Assembly (NCBI GenBank): GCA_965214835.1
Contig: CBDCCK010000002.1
Span: forward strand, 896,001-960,000
DNA: 64,000 nucleotides
Reading direction: 5' to 3'
Source: Nitrosopumilaceae archaeon
GTDB lineage: Archaea > Thermoproteota > Nitrososphaeria > Nitrososphaerales > Nitrosopumilaceae
Shown here: piece after piece, positions 18,467 to 29,984 of the stretch
Layout: the number at the start of each line of letters is the position of its first letter
Position numbering within the stretch: position 1 is the stretch's first letter
Made by a program: the position numbers and the translations under genes
Notes under the pieces: model-generated
Seen by the model: only the letters and a program-made list of their open reading frames with translations
Told to the model about the DNA's origin: nothing
The model's database searches: none

Positions 18467-20237
18467 GTACGAGGTCACCTACCCCCATCAATCAGGCACG
18501 AATTAGATGCATGATTGTGATCTTCGTGCCTAGCTGGCAGCCCCCGTCAATGATCTTGTCCCCTTCAAGCGCAATCCATGGACTGCAGGCCTGAATTTTT
18601 TCACGGATTGTGTAGATCTGCCGTACGAGGTCACCTACCCCTAGATTATTTTGGCTACCTCAGCCACGATGGACTTGTCCTGCAGCTTCCACGTCGACGT
18701 GCATGTGTTGAACCATCCATACCTGTTCATCCAGACCAGGCCGCCCTTGATCTGACCGCTTATCTTGCCCTGCAGTACGACGGGGCGCAGCGCCCGCTCT
18801 GCGTTATTGTTGGTGGGCTCTACGCCCTCGTATTCCAAGAACGCAAACAGGCCCGGCAGGGCATTGTACATCCTCTTGACAAGGGACTTTAGCGATTCAT
18901 CCTACGTATCCCTGTATCCGAACAGGATGTTGCGCATCATGGTCTCAAACAGCCGGCGCAGCTCCGGCGAGTGCCGTCCCATCAGTCCGTCGGCCGCCCT
19001 TATCCCCGTCCTCTCCTCGAGCTCCCGGAGATCCTTCTCGGACAGCTTGTCCCAGCCCTCAAGACACTCCTTGGCATCCTTGAACAGCTGCTGCATCTGC
19101 CGGTACAGGACTCCTGCAAACAGCAGGGCGCCCTTTTTCTGCGAGCCATACAGGAGGAACCGCAGCTCGTGCGCCCAGCACCGCTGGAGCCTTCCCAGCA
19201 GCCCGAACCTCTTGTATGCGGGATATCCGTCCGATGTGACGATGCCCCCGTACCCGCCCATGTACTGGTCCAGGATCCGGGCGCTCCTGGTGTCTGCATA
19301 TATCATGAACACGCCCACCGCCGACAGCATGGCCCACGCCCATCCCAGCCTGCCTGCCAGGTTGATCCCCGTCTCGTCTATGCAGACGGTCTTTGAGCTT
19401 CTTACCTCCTCTGCGATGGCCTCGGCAGGCGCCTTTGCGGCGTCGCAGACGCGTCCCATGCTGTTGATTGCAGTTGACTTTGACATGTGCACGCCCAGGA
19501 TATCTGACATGACGCCCCGGATCCTGTTGTATGGGACGCCCTCGCTGCGCAGCTTTGTGACGGCTGTGACTATACTCGTGTCGTAGCTGCCGCGTCGGGG
19601 CAGGTCGTTGGGGGCAGTATGTATGGTGCCGCATTTCGGGCACACTGCCCTCTGTGTCTCGTGGCGCGTCTCAGTCGTCTTTATCTTGAATCCTATCATG
19701 TCGCGCACCTGCGGCTTTTTCATGATCTCTGTGGTGGTGCCGCAACTGCACTCCGGCGCCCGTCCCCCCGGAAAGCAGTGTTTCTGTACCCTGGCGGGCC
19801 GGTGGGTGCGCGATACGCCCTTGTGGCCCTTCTGGCCGCCGGGCTTTTTCCTGTCCCCCTTGGCGCCGTCATTTCCTGCTGCAGCATCGGACCTGGCCCT
19901 CTCCCTTCTCCTCTGCGCCTTTTGCCTCTTCCACTCCAGCGAGTCTGCCGACGGGGGCGAGTTCTCGTTCTCGTAGTATCGGAGCCTGTTGCCCTGCTCC
20001 CTGATGGTCTTGTTTAGCTTTTCGATTATCTTGTCCTTCTTTTCGATTATCTTGTCACGCTCCTTGAGGTCCTTTTTTAGATTCCTTATCGTCTCCGTGG
20101 GCGATGCTGCAGATGCCTCGATCTTGCAGCATGTGAGGAGTTGACCTTTCATAATGCCTAGTCTACGCGATCATAGTATAAGGATCAGGTACAGTCAGTA
20201 ATGTTTACCCTACTGTGAGGGGTAGGTGACCTCATAC
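18467..20237 (-). mobile_element. IS66-family element with duplicated end; transposase 18641-20152 has one in-frame TAG
   Basis: IR GTACGAGGTCACCTACCCC at 18467 and again at 18623, partner at 20219-20237, 8-bp TSD TTTGTAAG. Motifs NSPPS, PGGQKGHKG, IDETG, SDGYPAY, QRCWAH and TNNNAERALR. Confidence 0.92.
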
Positions 20238-20240
20238 TTT

Positions 20241-20330
20241 GTAAGAGTTTACCTCTCCCCAGAGATACGGCGTGGCAGGCGTGATCATGAAGGCTCCGAC
20301 TAGCAGTGTAGCCTGGGGGTAAACTCTTAC
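20241..20330. mobile_element. ~90-bp MITE, family B (GTAA ends), copy 1
   Basis: TIR GTAAGAGTTTACC...GGTAAACTCTTAC; homologous copy at 49223-49314. Confidence 0.85.
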
Positions 20331-20486
20331 GGGCAGTTTACCATTAACGGTTAACGCCGGAATCGCCCCAGATCCTGCCAGAACCGAGCGCAGCAGGGCG
20401 GACTTGGGCATCTTGGCCTTGTGTGCAGCCGCGTCCAGAGCGTCCCACTCCTTGAGGATCAGCGGCATGCTTGCCCTTTTTGCCAT
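20331..20486 (-). pseudogene. Ribbon-helix-helix (CopG-like) protein, interrupted by MITE B
   Basis: MAKRASMPLILKEWDALDAAAHKAKMPKSALLRSVL has an RHH pattern. Confidence 0.5.
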
Positions 20487-20771
20487 CTTGGGTTAACGGT
20501 TAACCCTGCCCAGCTGGGTCTTGAGCTCCAGGTTCTCCCTGAGCACGTCGTCAATCCGGGCCTCAAGCCTGCCTATCTTCTGGGATGGGAATAGGCCCTC
20601 CTGCAGCACGTCGGTTAGCCGTTTACCCTTCTTTTTTGTCTAGCTGCATGGCTGCCGCCTAACCCATCAGAGCCCCTGAAAACCATGCGACGTCATCCGG
20701 ACCGGGGCGTGCAGGCGGGGCAGAAGTTCAGAAAAACGGAGTCCGCGGGCGGAACTACGCGACAGCCGCGG

Positions 20772-22121
20772 TCACCAGACATCGTCTACCTCGTCGAGAA
20801 CCCTGTACTCCTTTTCCACATCCTTTCTCATGAACTTTAGCCTTGAAATGTCCCTGCCAAACAGGACGTCTGCGGTCCAGTCCAGGAAGACCCTAAAGCG
20901 CTTGTCCCAGGTCGGAATTTTTGAAAGATAGACGTTTCTCCACAGAATCCAGGCAAGCAGCCCGTGGATGTTCATGCCCAAAAACAGCGCGATGCCGGTT
21001 CTTTTCCCGATGATGGCCATCTGGCCCCTAGACTTGTACTCGAACCTTTTCTTGCTTCTGTTTTCAAGCAGGGCCTGCAGGTTGTATGCCGCGACCTTGG
21101 CCTGGGCCTCGGCAATCTGCGCCGTTGGCGGAAACGGCCTCCTGCTCTCCGGATCCAAAAACAGCGCACAGTCCCCGATCGCAAAGACGCCCGGAAAGTC
21201 CCTCGCCTCCAAACTATCATCAACGATAATTTTTCCCTTTTCAGTCTTGAACAGCGAGCGCTTGATCGTGTTGACCGGGGTCACGCCTGCAGTCCAGATC
21301 ACGGTCCTGGTCCGTATTGATTCGGCCGGGCCGCCTGCCGCCCCGTCCCCCACAGGATCCAGTCCCTTGACCACCACCTCCTCGCCGTCAAAGCTTGTCA
21401 CCGCAGTCCTCAGCCTGATCTCGATTCCCTGCTCGGTCAGCTTGTCCTGGGCAAACGCAGCAAGGCTTTCAGAAAACCCGGGCAGTATTGCGGGCAGGGC
21501 CTCCAGAATGACGACCCGGATGTCCTTTGCCGAGATGTTCCGGTAATGCCTGGTGACGTCCACCAGCAGGCCCATCAACTCGCCTGCCGTCTCGACTCCG
21601 GCAAACCCTCCCCCCACCACAACAAAGGTGAGCAGGCTCTTCTTCAGGATCGGATCGGTCTCGTTTTCTGCCTGCTCAAGCATGTCAATCACCCTGTTTC
21701 TGACCAGGACCGCGTCATTGAGGGTCTTCATCTGATAGGCGTTTTTTTCCAAATCACTCATTCCAAAAAAATTGGTTTCGCTGCCCAACGCAACAACCAG
21801 ATAATCGTAATGGATCGAAACCCCGCGCCTGTCCCCGCTTCCCCACAGGTTCACGATTTTTCCATAGGGATCAATGTTCTTCACCCTGCCTTCATAAAAT
21901 ACCGCCTTTTGCGTAATCGTCCTGATTGGCATGACGATGTGCCTAGTCTCAATCATGCCAGATGCCACCTGGGGCAGCATCGGCGTGAACAGCAGGAAGT
22001 TATCCTCACTGACCAAAACAATCTCGACCCCGGCTTCGTCTCGAAGGCGACCCTCCAGCTGCCTAGTGCACTCTACCCCTGCAAACCCCCCGCCTAGAAC
22101 CACTATACGCTTTTTCCTCAT
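20772..22121 (-). CDS. Type II NADH dehydrogenase-like FAD oxidoreductase
   Basis: Two Rossmann motifs (LGGGFAG, VGGGFAGVE), WTAGV, AIGD and PTAQIA. Confidence 0.92.
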   Translation of the reverse strand: MRKKRIVVLGGGFAGVECTRQLEGRLRDEAGVEIVLVSEDNFLLFTPMLPQVASGMIETRHIVMPIRTITQKAVFYEGRVKNIDPYGKIVNLWGSGDRRGVSIHYDYLVVALGSETNFFGMSDLEKNAYQMKTLNDAVLVRNRVIDMLEQAENETDPILKKSLLTFVVVGGGFAGVETAGELMGLLVDVTRHYRNISAKDIRVVILEALPAILPGFSESLAAFAQDKLTEQGIEIRLRTAVTSFDGEEVVVKGLDPVGDGAAGGPAESIRTRTVIWTAGVTPVNTIKRSLFKTEKGKIIVDDSLEARDFPGVFAIGDCALFLDPESRRPFPPTAQIAEAQAKVAAYNLQALLENRSKKRFEYKSRGQMAIIGKRTGIALFLGMNIHGLLAWILWRNVYLSKIPTWDKRFRVFLDWTADVLFGRDISRLKFMRKDVEKEYRVLDEVDDVW

Positions 22122-22183
22122 TTGGATACCGCTACTGTCATGCCATGAAAAACACGCCCATATAAAAAAATCCGGCCCAATGC

Positions 22184-22852
22184 CTAGTTATTCCTGGTAA
22201 TTTCTCCCCTGAGTATCTCATATGCCCTTGATGCCTCTCTCTCGTTTAGAATTATGATTATGTTCTCCTGACTGAAATACGCGTTAACCAGCTCGATGCC
22301 ACTGTCATGCAAGACCTCTGCTACATATGAGACGACATCCGAGCGATTTTCATGGGGCGGTATCAGGATTTTGATCTTGGCCAAACCCGTACTGAACATC
22401 TCCTTCTGTCCAGAATATGCATCAAACAACCGCCTGATGGACTCCATGTCCTCTGTAAGCAGCCTAAAAGAGTCTGTCAGCCTAAAGAACTCGTAATCCT
22501 GGGATATCTGGGAGAACTTGTCAATCAATGACGCAGCCTCTGCCCTGTTCATGTCTCTGGTTGAAAACTTGATGTCCATGATGCCGTCAGTTAGTGAAAG
22601 CCTGGCATTTTTGAGAACCGACTCCTCCTCTATCCCCTCCGTCCTGTCAAAGGAATCCGCATAGCGCTTGATGGCCACCACGATGGTGTTCAGATTTACA
22701 CTGCCCTCAAGCTGCCTTTCGACCTCTGGTTGCAGCTTTACCGCCAGTGCGGTATAGTTGATCACATCCATTTTCATGCAATCATAGACGGATCGGTTCC
22801 TCGTTATCAACTCCCTTACGACCTCTGGAACCGATATCCCCGTAGTCCTCAT
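22184..22852 (-). CDS. Archaeal ACT-domain protein with N-terminal helical domain
   Basis: INYTALA...TIVVAIKRY N-terminus and an ACT-like C-terminus. Confidence 0.75.
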   Translation of the reverse strand: MRTTGISVPEVVRELITRNRSVYDCMKMDVINYTALAVKLQPEVERQLEGSVNLNTIVVAIKRYADSFDRTEGIEEESVLKNARLSLTDGIMDIKFSTRDMNRAEAASLIDKFSQISQDYEFFRLTDSFRLLTEDMESIRRLFDAYSGQKEMFSTGLAKIKILIPPHENRSDVVSYVAEVLHDSGIELVNAYFSQENIIIILNEREASRAYEILRGEITRNN

Positions 22853-22948
22853 GGATATATTATACGTGTCACTTATAATAGGCTTATGTAATTATACCGT
22901 CTAATATTCATAATACTTATATTATGTCATACATATTACATATACTAG

Positions 22949-23449
22949 GTGAATATGACAATGTTCTTCGACGATGAATATGACAGACTCTTCAAAAAAA
23001 TGTCAAGATCCTTCAATCTTGAAGACGTCCTAGGAGAGTTTGGAAATGCAGGTTCGCCTTCCGGACCACTTTATTACGGTTATACAATGACCGTTGGCCC
23101 AGACGGCAAACCGGTGATACGGGAGTATGGCAATGTTAGACCAAGATCACTGCCTGCTTCAAATGGACGTGAGCCACTAGTGGATACGATTGTCGATGAA
23201 AAAGACAACGTGGTCAAGCTAGTCGCCGAAATGCCCGGCGTTGAAAAAAACGACATCAAGGTTGTCGTAGAAGGAAAATCGGTCGACATCTCAGCTGAGC
23301 ACGGCGAGAAAAAATACCGAGTAAAGGTTCCTATCAAGGACAACGTTGACAAGGATTCTGCAGGGGCCACCTACAAGAACGGAGTCCTGGAGGTATCCTT
23401 CAAAAGGATTCAGGCCAAGCCTACGGGCAAAACACTGGAGGTAAACTAA
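22949..23449 (+). CDS. hsp20: Archaeal small heat-shock protein Hsp20
   Basis: YYGYTMTVGPDGKPVIREYGNV, REPLVD, AEMPGV and ATYKNGVLEV. Confidence 0.95.
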   Translation: MNMTMFFDDEYDRLFKKMSRSFNLEDVLGEFGNAGSPSGPLYYGYTMTVGPDGKPVIREYGNVRPRSLPASNGREPLVDTIVDEKDNVVKLVAEMPGVEKNDIKVVVEGKSVDISAEHGEKKYRVKVPIKDNVDKDSAGATYKNGVLEVSFKRIQAKPTGKTLEVN

Positions 23450-23475
23450 CCTCCTTCTTTTTTTGGTGATACGAT

Positions 23476-25605
23476 ATGAGTAAAACAGAACTGAAAATCG
23501 CAGAAATACCCCAGCAGCATGTTGGAAAGGGAAGGGCGATAATTGATCCAAAGGTCCTTGAGGAAAATAACTGGACCTCTGGACAGATAATCGAGTTGAC
23601 ATATAACAAAAAATCCCACGTGAAACTGTGGCCAGGAGCAACGTCAGACTATGATACTGGCACAATCAAAATTGACGGCGTGACCAGGCAAAACATCGGG
23701 GCGGGAATAGGAGACAGGGTATCCATCAAATCCGTAGAGGCGGATCCGGCAGAGCAGATCACGCTCTCCCCAACCGAAAAGGTTCGTGCCGGGGGCCTGC
23801 AAGAATACATGGCTCAAAACTACCTCAACCACGTGTTCACAACGGGCGATACCATCACCCTTAATACGCAGATGGGAGGCAAAATTCAGTTTGTCATAAC
23901 CAGTACAAAGCCCCCCAAGCCGGTAATTGTAACCGAGGACACCGAGTTCAAGCTTGGCTCGCTGACCAAGGCAGTGGACACGTCGGTTCCACGGGTCACC
24001 TATGATGATCTTGGCGGTCTAAAAACCGAGGTTCAAAAAATACGTGAGATGGTCGAGCTTCCAATGAGGCATCCGGAGATCTTTGAGAGGATAGGCGTGG
24101 AGGCGCCAAAGGGAGTCCTGCTGTACGGGCCACCTGGAACCGGAAAGACGCTGCTGGCAAAGGCCGTTGCGGGGGAGACCAATGCCAACTTTACCTCGCT
24201 GAGCGGTCCTGAAATAATGGGCAAGTATTACGGGGAAAGCGAGGAGCGCATCAGGGAAATCTTCAAGCAGGCAGAGGAGAACTCTCCGAGCATAGTGTTC
24301 ATTGACGAGATAGACTCCATTGCTCCAAAAAGGGACGAGGTCTCCGGCGAGGTGGAAAAAAGGATTGTTTCACAGCTTCTGACCCTGATGGACGGGATGA
24401 AATCCAGGGGAAAGGTGGTAGTCATTGCGGCCACCAACAGGCAGGACTCGATTGATCCTGCGCTGAGGCGCCCGGGAAGATTTGACAGGGAAATCGAGAT
24501 TGGAATTCCCGACGAGGAGGGCCGCCGGGACATCCTCAGTATCCATACAAGGGGAATGCCAATAGACGACAAGGCTGACCTAAATGAGGTATCGAAGATA
24601 ACCCACGGCTTTGTGGGGGCCGATCTTGAGATCCTCTCAAAGGAGGCGGCCATGCGCTCGTTACGGAGAATTCTGCCGGAAATAGACCTTGATCAGGAAA
24701 AGGTATCGCCTGAGATCCTGCAGAAGATCAGGGTTACCGGCGAGGACTTTAGGGACGCGCTAAAGGAGGTACGGCCCTCTGCCTTGCGGGAGGTACTGGT
24801 CCAGATTCCCAACATTACATGGAATGACGTGGGCGGACTGGAGGATCTCAAGGCCGAGCTTGAGGAATCCATAGAGTGGCCCCTCAAGCACGTAGAGGCA
24901 TTTGAGTACGCCGGAGTCCGGGCCCCCAGAGGAATCCTGCTTCACGGTTCGCCGGGAACCGGGAAGACGCTGATTGCAAAGGCTGTCGCAAAAATGACGG
25001 ACTCTAACTTCATCGGAATCAAGGGTCCGGAACTGCTTTCAAAATGGGTAGGCGAGTCTGAAAAGGGAGTGAGGGAGATCTTTAGAAAGGCGCGACAGGC
25101 TGCCCCCTGCATCATATTCTTTGACGAAATCGACGCAATAATTCCCAGGCGCGGCGGCTCTGACTCGGGCTCGCATGTGACCGAAAGCGTGGTGTCTCAG
25201 ATCCTGACCGAGATCGACGGGCTGGAGGAGCTGCAGGACGTGCTGATAATCGGTGCCACAAACCGGCTGGACATCATAGATCCTGCACTGCTGCGGCCCG
25301 GCAGGTTTGACAGAATAATCGAGGTGCCAAAACCAGACAAGGCAGGCAGGGAGCACATATTCAGGATACATACAAAAAACAAGCCGCTGGCACCAGACGT
25401 CAACCTTGCAAGGATGGCCGAGATCTCCGAGGGACTAAGCGGCGCAGAAATCGAGTCCGCTACAAACAGGGCCGCACTGGCATCCCTGAAGCGACATGTC
25501 AGCGGCGGATCTGAAAACGTAAAGGAAATCAGGATTACGCAGGAGGATCTGGCCGATGCAGTCAGGCTGGTCTCCCCCGGCCCCCTGCCGGGGAAGAGAT
25601 TTTAA
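23476..25605 (+). CDS. cdc48: CDC48/VCP-family AAA ATPase
   Basis: N domain plus two AAA modules ([16 protein letters not shown], DPALxRPGRFD). Confidence 0.96.
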   Translation: MSKTELKIAEIPQQHVGKGRAIIDPKVLEENNWTSGQIIELTYNKKSHVKLWPGATSDYDTGTIKIDGVTRQNIGAGIGDRVSIKSVEADPAEQITLSPTEKVRAGGLQEYMAQNYLNHVFTTGDTITLNTQMGGKIQFVITSTKPPKPVIVTEDTEFKLGSLTKAVDTSVPRVTYDDLGGLKTEVQKIREMVELPMRHPEIFERIGVEAPKGVLLYGPPGTGKTLLAKAVAGETNANFTSLSGPEIMGKYYGESEERIREIFKQAEENSPSIVFIDEIDSIAPKRDEVSGEVEKRIVSQLLTLMDGMKSRGKVVVIAATNRQDSIDPALRRPGRFDREIEIGIPDEEGRRDILSIHTRGMPIDDKADLNEVSKITHGFVGADLEILSKEAAMRSLRRILPEIDLDQEKVSPEILQKIRVTGEDFRDALKEVRPSALREVLVQIPNITWNDVGGLEDLKAELEESIEWPLKHVEAFEYAGVRAPRGILLHGSPGTGKTLIAKAVAKMTDSNFIGIKGPELLSKWVGESEKGVREIFRKARQAAPCIIFFDEIDAIIPRRGGSDSGSHVTESVVSQILTEIDGLEELQDVLIIGATNRLDIIDPALLRPGRFDRIIEVPKPDKAGREHIFRIHTKNKPLAPDVNLARMAEISEGLSGAEIESATNRAALASLKRHVSGGSENVKEIRITQEDLADAVRLVSPGPLPGKRF

Positions 25606-25636
25606 CCCCCGAGCCAAAGCAAGACCCGGCATAACC

Positions 25637-25855
25637 TTGAAGCTTTACATTGATTTTGAGCCCTGTGATGAGTGCAGGACCATGATGCAGGAGCTAAACA
25701 GCCTGGAGATGGCGTTTGCCGACGAGGCAATCCGTGCCGACGAGTCTGCAAGATTCCTGCGCCATTTGACATACAACCATACCGAGGTCGTAAGGGGCGT
25801 CATGAAGGACCTGCCAAGGCAAAAAAGAGGCCAGGAATACGACTTTTTCAAGTGA
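25637..25855 (+). CDS. Small hypothetical protein with CxxC
   Basis: TTG start; LKLYIDFEPCDECR...RHLTYNH suggests metal binding. Confidence 0.65.
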   Translation: MKLYIDFEPCDECRTMMQELNSLEMAFADEAIRADESARFLRHLTYNHTEVVRGVMKDLPRQKRGQEYDFFK

Positions 25856-26199
25856 CATTTCGTGCTAGGCCACCTGCCCCTTCAGCCAGGCACGAATTAG
25901 CATGCATGACCATGGTTTTCATGTATGCCAGCAGGGTCCAACATACGATCAACATACGCGATGTCGGTGCAAGACCCGCACTCGCCGGGGCACGTAAACG
26001 ATGTCAGGCATTGCCGGATGAGGCATTCCACGTTCTGGGGCGATGTAGTCAACTCATAAAAAAAGTGGATAGTTTTGACAATTGCTTTTGGCCCAAGGGT
26101 CTAGGATCAGGCAAACCGTACGCGCATGCATGGAAAAACAGACAGAATTCGCGACATCGGGGGCAGATTCCTGCCAGGCAAGGCACCCATGCCTTTGCA

Positions 26200-26364
26200 A
26201 GGCGTACCAGACCGGCAAAAGGGAACGCGGCAGGCTGCCGTTGCGGTCAGCCCGTCAGGTATCGGAACATCTTTACCGGAAGGATCTCGCGCCTGGCAAA
26301 CAGCCTTCGCTTTATCTCCCTGTACCGTATCTCGACGGGGTTGAGTTCCGGCGTGTACGGTAGT
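26200..26364 (-). pseudogene. IS630 transposase C-terminal remnant
   Basis: LPYTPELNPVEIRYREIKRR; cut at an orphan ISL2-type end starting at 26365. The left boundary is approximate. Confidence 0.65.
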
Positions 26365-26482
26365 AGACCTCATGCGTAATCGGTTAAAATCAAAAAAACC
26401 AAGCAGCTTTTGCGTCATTTTTGGCAAATACGCACAAGGCCTACTGCCGATCTTTTGATCTACCTTCCGCGGTTTTGCCGCG

Positions 26483-27538
26483 TCATATTGTTTCCCTTAT
26501 CAGACGTACCAGGGACTCTGAGGCCACGTCGTTTGTAAGGTTCTTCATGGTGTGCCGCTTTCCCTGCAGGGCTATCTGCTCCCACCTTGGACTGTCCGGG
26601 TCGTCTAGATAGTCCTGAAACTTTCTGCGGTAGTTTCTCTGGTTGATAAAAATTGCCGTCTCCCCGTCACGAAACCCAAGATATCCGCCGTCGTTTTCAG
26701 GCGTCATTTCCATGAACGTAAGGCATCCTGCAGCGGTGGACTCGTAATACTTGATCGTGGGATAGTATCCGGTGGCGGCAATGGCCGTCCTGTACTGCGA
26801 CAGGTGTGTGATAAAATCGGGATGGCCGCCGTGCACGTATGTGATGGTTCCCGGTATGACTCCGGCATGATCCACATATGGCAGCTTTTTGCACATTTTT
26901 CTTAGCTTGTAGATGTTCCACACTGTACTGCGCCCTAACTTCATGGCATTGAGCATACGGCCAACGAGCGATTTGGGCTCTCCAAGCATGCCTGTAAGCA
27001 GGATGCGATCCTTTATCCTGTCTCCAAACGGCTTGCAGTACGGCAGATCCGGCTCGACGCCATATGTTATAGTCCTGTATTTGAAATCACCGGGAAAATG
27101 CCTGTAAAAATAACTGGAAGGCATGAAGTTAAAGTAGCAGTTGATCCTGTATTTTTCATGAAATCCGATCAGATCCCAGCTTTTTGCAAAGTGTGGATCG
27201 TGGGTATGGGCAACCACCGGGATGTCGGCTCTCCTTATGTTGTCAAGGCATGGCGTGCTCTTGTCGCTGTTTGTGCACAGTATCGCGTCGTACCTTCCAC
27301 GCAGTTTGAGCGTATCAAAGCTGTGCTCTGCGGGAAAATACCCCATGTCCAGGTTTTTGTTTCGCCGTAGCGCGTGGAAGAAGAAATAATACCTGTTGTT
27401 GATGGAGTTGTTTTTGCTATAGTATGGCCATGACGGCCTGTAGACAAAGGCGACCCTGATCCTGTTCCCCCCCACCTGACCTGTCATTTTGGCCTGCCCC
27501 CCACCATGGCAGCTCTTTCTGCTGTAGTACAGCTGCAC
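26483..27538 (-). CDS. Glycosyltransferase-like protein (CgeB/GT-B type)
   Basis: THDPH and TIKYYESTAAGCL...GFRDGETAIFIN...IALQGKRH C-terminal GT-B pattern. Confidence 0.7.
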   Translation of the reverse strand: MQLYYSRKSCHGGGQAKMTGQVGGNRIRVAFVYRPSWPYYSKNNSINNRYYFFFHALRRNKNLDMGYFPAEHSFDTLKLRGRYDAILCTNSDKSTPCLDNIRRADIPVVAHTHDPHFAKSWDLIGFHEKYRINCYFNFMPSSYFYRHFPGDFKYRTITYGVEPDLPYCKPFGDRIKDRILLTGMLGEPKSLVGRMLNAMKLGRSTVWNIYKLRKMCKKLPYVDHAGVIPGTITYVHGGHPDFITHLSQYRTAIAATGYYPTIKYYESTAAGCLTFMEMTPENDGGYLGFRDGETAIFINQRNYRRKFQDYLDDPDSPRWEQIALQGKRHTMKNLTNDVASESLVRLIRETI

Positions 27539-27779
27539 AAGCCATCTTGTACAGATCCCTGTCCTCGGTTTGTCATGCTCCGCACTTTTGCCTCACCATG
27601 TATCGGCAGCAGGATTTTCTGTATTTGCCTGCTGTATCTGCACCCGACAAGAAAACTCATCCCTAGATCCAATGTTGTTTCGTACTAGCCCAGATATATA
27701 GTGTGAAGCAAAAGCTTGTGAAGATCAAGATGTCATGGGATGCCTCGGAAAAGTCCAGGATTTCACGAACTTGTGTTTT

Positions 27780-28320
27780 TCACTATATGTAACCACGAAT
27801 CCTGCCTTCCTATATGTAGCCAGACTCATGGCGGTGCGGACGGTGGCGTGCGGATCTGCACGCTGGCCTCATTTGCCGAACAACTTGGCAGGTCGTACTC
27901 CGATACGCGACTGGCTGATACGGGCCGTGCATCTTGGCGCACAAGGCAGGTACGACATCAAGGGCCCGGCACCAAGATGTGGCTGGACACAGAGCAGCTT
28001 GAGCTGGTGCGTGCCGACTGATTGCAGGCCCGCGCAGCTGCGGATTCGAGTCGGAGGTGTGGACCACACCACTGCTTGCCTAGCACATCAGAAGAAAATA
28101 CGGTGTCAATTACGCCATCTCCAGCGTACACGATACCCTGCACAAGCTGGGCTTGTCATGCAGGAAACCCGTCATCCAAAACACCCAAAATCAGCCACGG
28201 AATCCGAGAAAAGGAAGTTCAAAAAAAGCTGGGCGGTGTGCGAGGTACTATTCGAAGAAGGGATACACGGTAATGATGGACGACGAGGCCTCGTTCATCC
28301 CGGGGCGGAACTGTGTTATG
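27780..28320 (+). pseudogene. Degenerate IS630 transposase
   Basis: ARLMAV...IRDWL...PKHPKSATESEKRKFKK with an A-run, then DEASF; several frameshifts. Confidence 0.6.
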
Positions 28321-28529
28321 TGGAAATAATGTCCGCTATCCATTGATGTCTCCCTCCATCCTTTTGGGGTCAGATTTCCTGATCGTATCCCTAGTCGTTT
28401 TATCCGAGAACGCCATGATGGGCGTCTGGCGGTTGGCTATGTCCAACCCAAAGTGCAGCCTGCGTTCGTTATACTCCACGTATACAGACAGGCTCTCATA
28501 GTGGTGTATTTCCTTCTCGATGGGGGGGG

Positions 28530-28660
28530 GGGGTTGTCGCCTAATTCCACTTGTTTGACCCAACCTGCACGTTTTTCTGAATTTCCACTCCTTTTACACG
28601 CCTGATCCATATGGCAGCTCAATGGTTTTCAGGAATTCTGATGAATTAGGCGACAACCCC
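28530..28660. mobile_element. ~130-bp MITE, family C, copy 1
   Basis: TIR GGGGTTGTCGCCTAATTC...GAATTAGGCGACAACCCC; TSD TCTCGATGG with an expanded G run on the left. Confidence 0.88.
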
Positions 28661-28790
28661 TCTCGATGGTACCGTGGAGTCGCTTCAGCTTGCCGTTGGT
28701 CTGCGGATGGTACGGTCTGGAGTTTATCAACCCGATTCCGCGATCCAAAAGCTCGGCCTCAAAGGCCGTCGGCTACCACATACCCCGAGG

Positions 28791-29984
28791 GGGGTTGTCC
28801 AATTTTTTTCCGCAGGCTGCCAATTTGCCCCCGATATAGGCAGTCTCAGACGGCAATATAGAGCACTTGGCGGCCCCGGACGGCCAGAACGGCGCATACA
28901 GCAACGCAAATATCCATGCAGGCCATACCTTACGGTAGTGTTGCGGTCCAACAGTACGGGATTTGTGATGATTTACACCGTAAGGTTGTAGCACAACACG
29001 CGAGCGAACAGCTCTACAGTGATGGTTCCGTCCAGCTTTGCACGCAGGACGGATCCAGCCCTTTCCTTCATTACCGAGAACAGGGACTCTGCCTGGCTCC
29101 TCTTGTGATAGGCCTGCCAGAACTCGTCTGGCCTGTCACGCAGCCACTGCAGCATCCTGGCCCGGGCGCCAAACCCGCGTGGCTTTTCATGCCCCTTTGC
29201 CGGCTTTATGACAGGTCCGCGGCCGCTCTTTGCAATCAGCTCGCAGTTTTTGTACGAGTCGTATGCCGAATCCAGCGCCACGATTCCGTATCCGCCCTTG
29301 GGGATGCGGCTCATCATGCGGGCAAACTCCGGCGAGTCCCCCGACGTGCCCGGCGTGGCCTCAAATGACAGTATCTTGCCCCCGATTGCAGCAATTGCGT
29401 GCAGTTTTGCAAAGTCGTGTCCGGTCACCTCCCCATGTTTTGCGTGGCTCCAGCTCTTGTACTTGCGGAGGCCGAATCCCGTCGAGTCGCCGTGCAGGTC
29501 CGCTATGCGCTCGCCTTCGGACATGGCCAGTACGACCTCGTCCATAAAGTCCTTGCCCATTCTCCAGAGCATGGTCATCCTGTTGTGCAGCGTCGACTTG
29601 GAGAGCGTACGACTCAGGCCGCATCTCCTGAGATCGTCCGGGTTTGACTCCAGGTGCGTGACCATCCTCCTGTAGGACAGGCGATTCTCGATTCTGAGGA
29701 TCGCAATGCGTATGGCAGACCACGCAAGGCCGGCATCGATTCCCGTTTCGGCGGCCATCTTCTTGGCCACCCTGCGTACGATCTTTCCCAGGTTCCTCCT
29801 TGTCCTCTTCTTGCGGGAGCTCTCCTGCCTGCGCTTTTGCTCGTAAAGGCGGTTATAGTCCGTGTCCTTCCTGTTGTTGCTCATTGGGATATCCAGGATC
29901 GGCAGATCAAAATCATTTTCGGCGCCGTGCGCTCATGATCTATAAGCTTGTCGGTCGTTTTGCGGAAATTTTTTGGACAACCCC
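28791..29984 (-). mobile_element. IS4/IS5-superfamily element; transposase ORF 28973-29884
   Basis: TIR GGGGTTGTCCAA...TTGGACAACCCC, 9-bp TSD ACCCCGAGG, DDE motifs GDSTGF, LDSAYDS and YHKRSQAESLFS. Confidence 0.9.
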
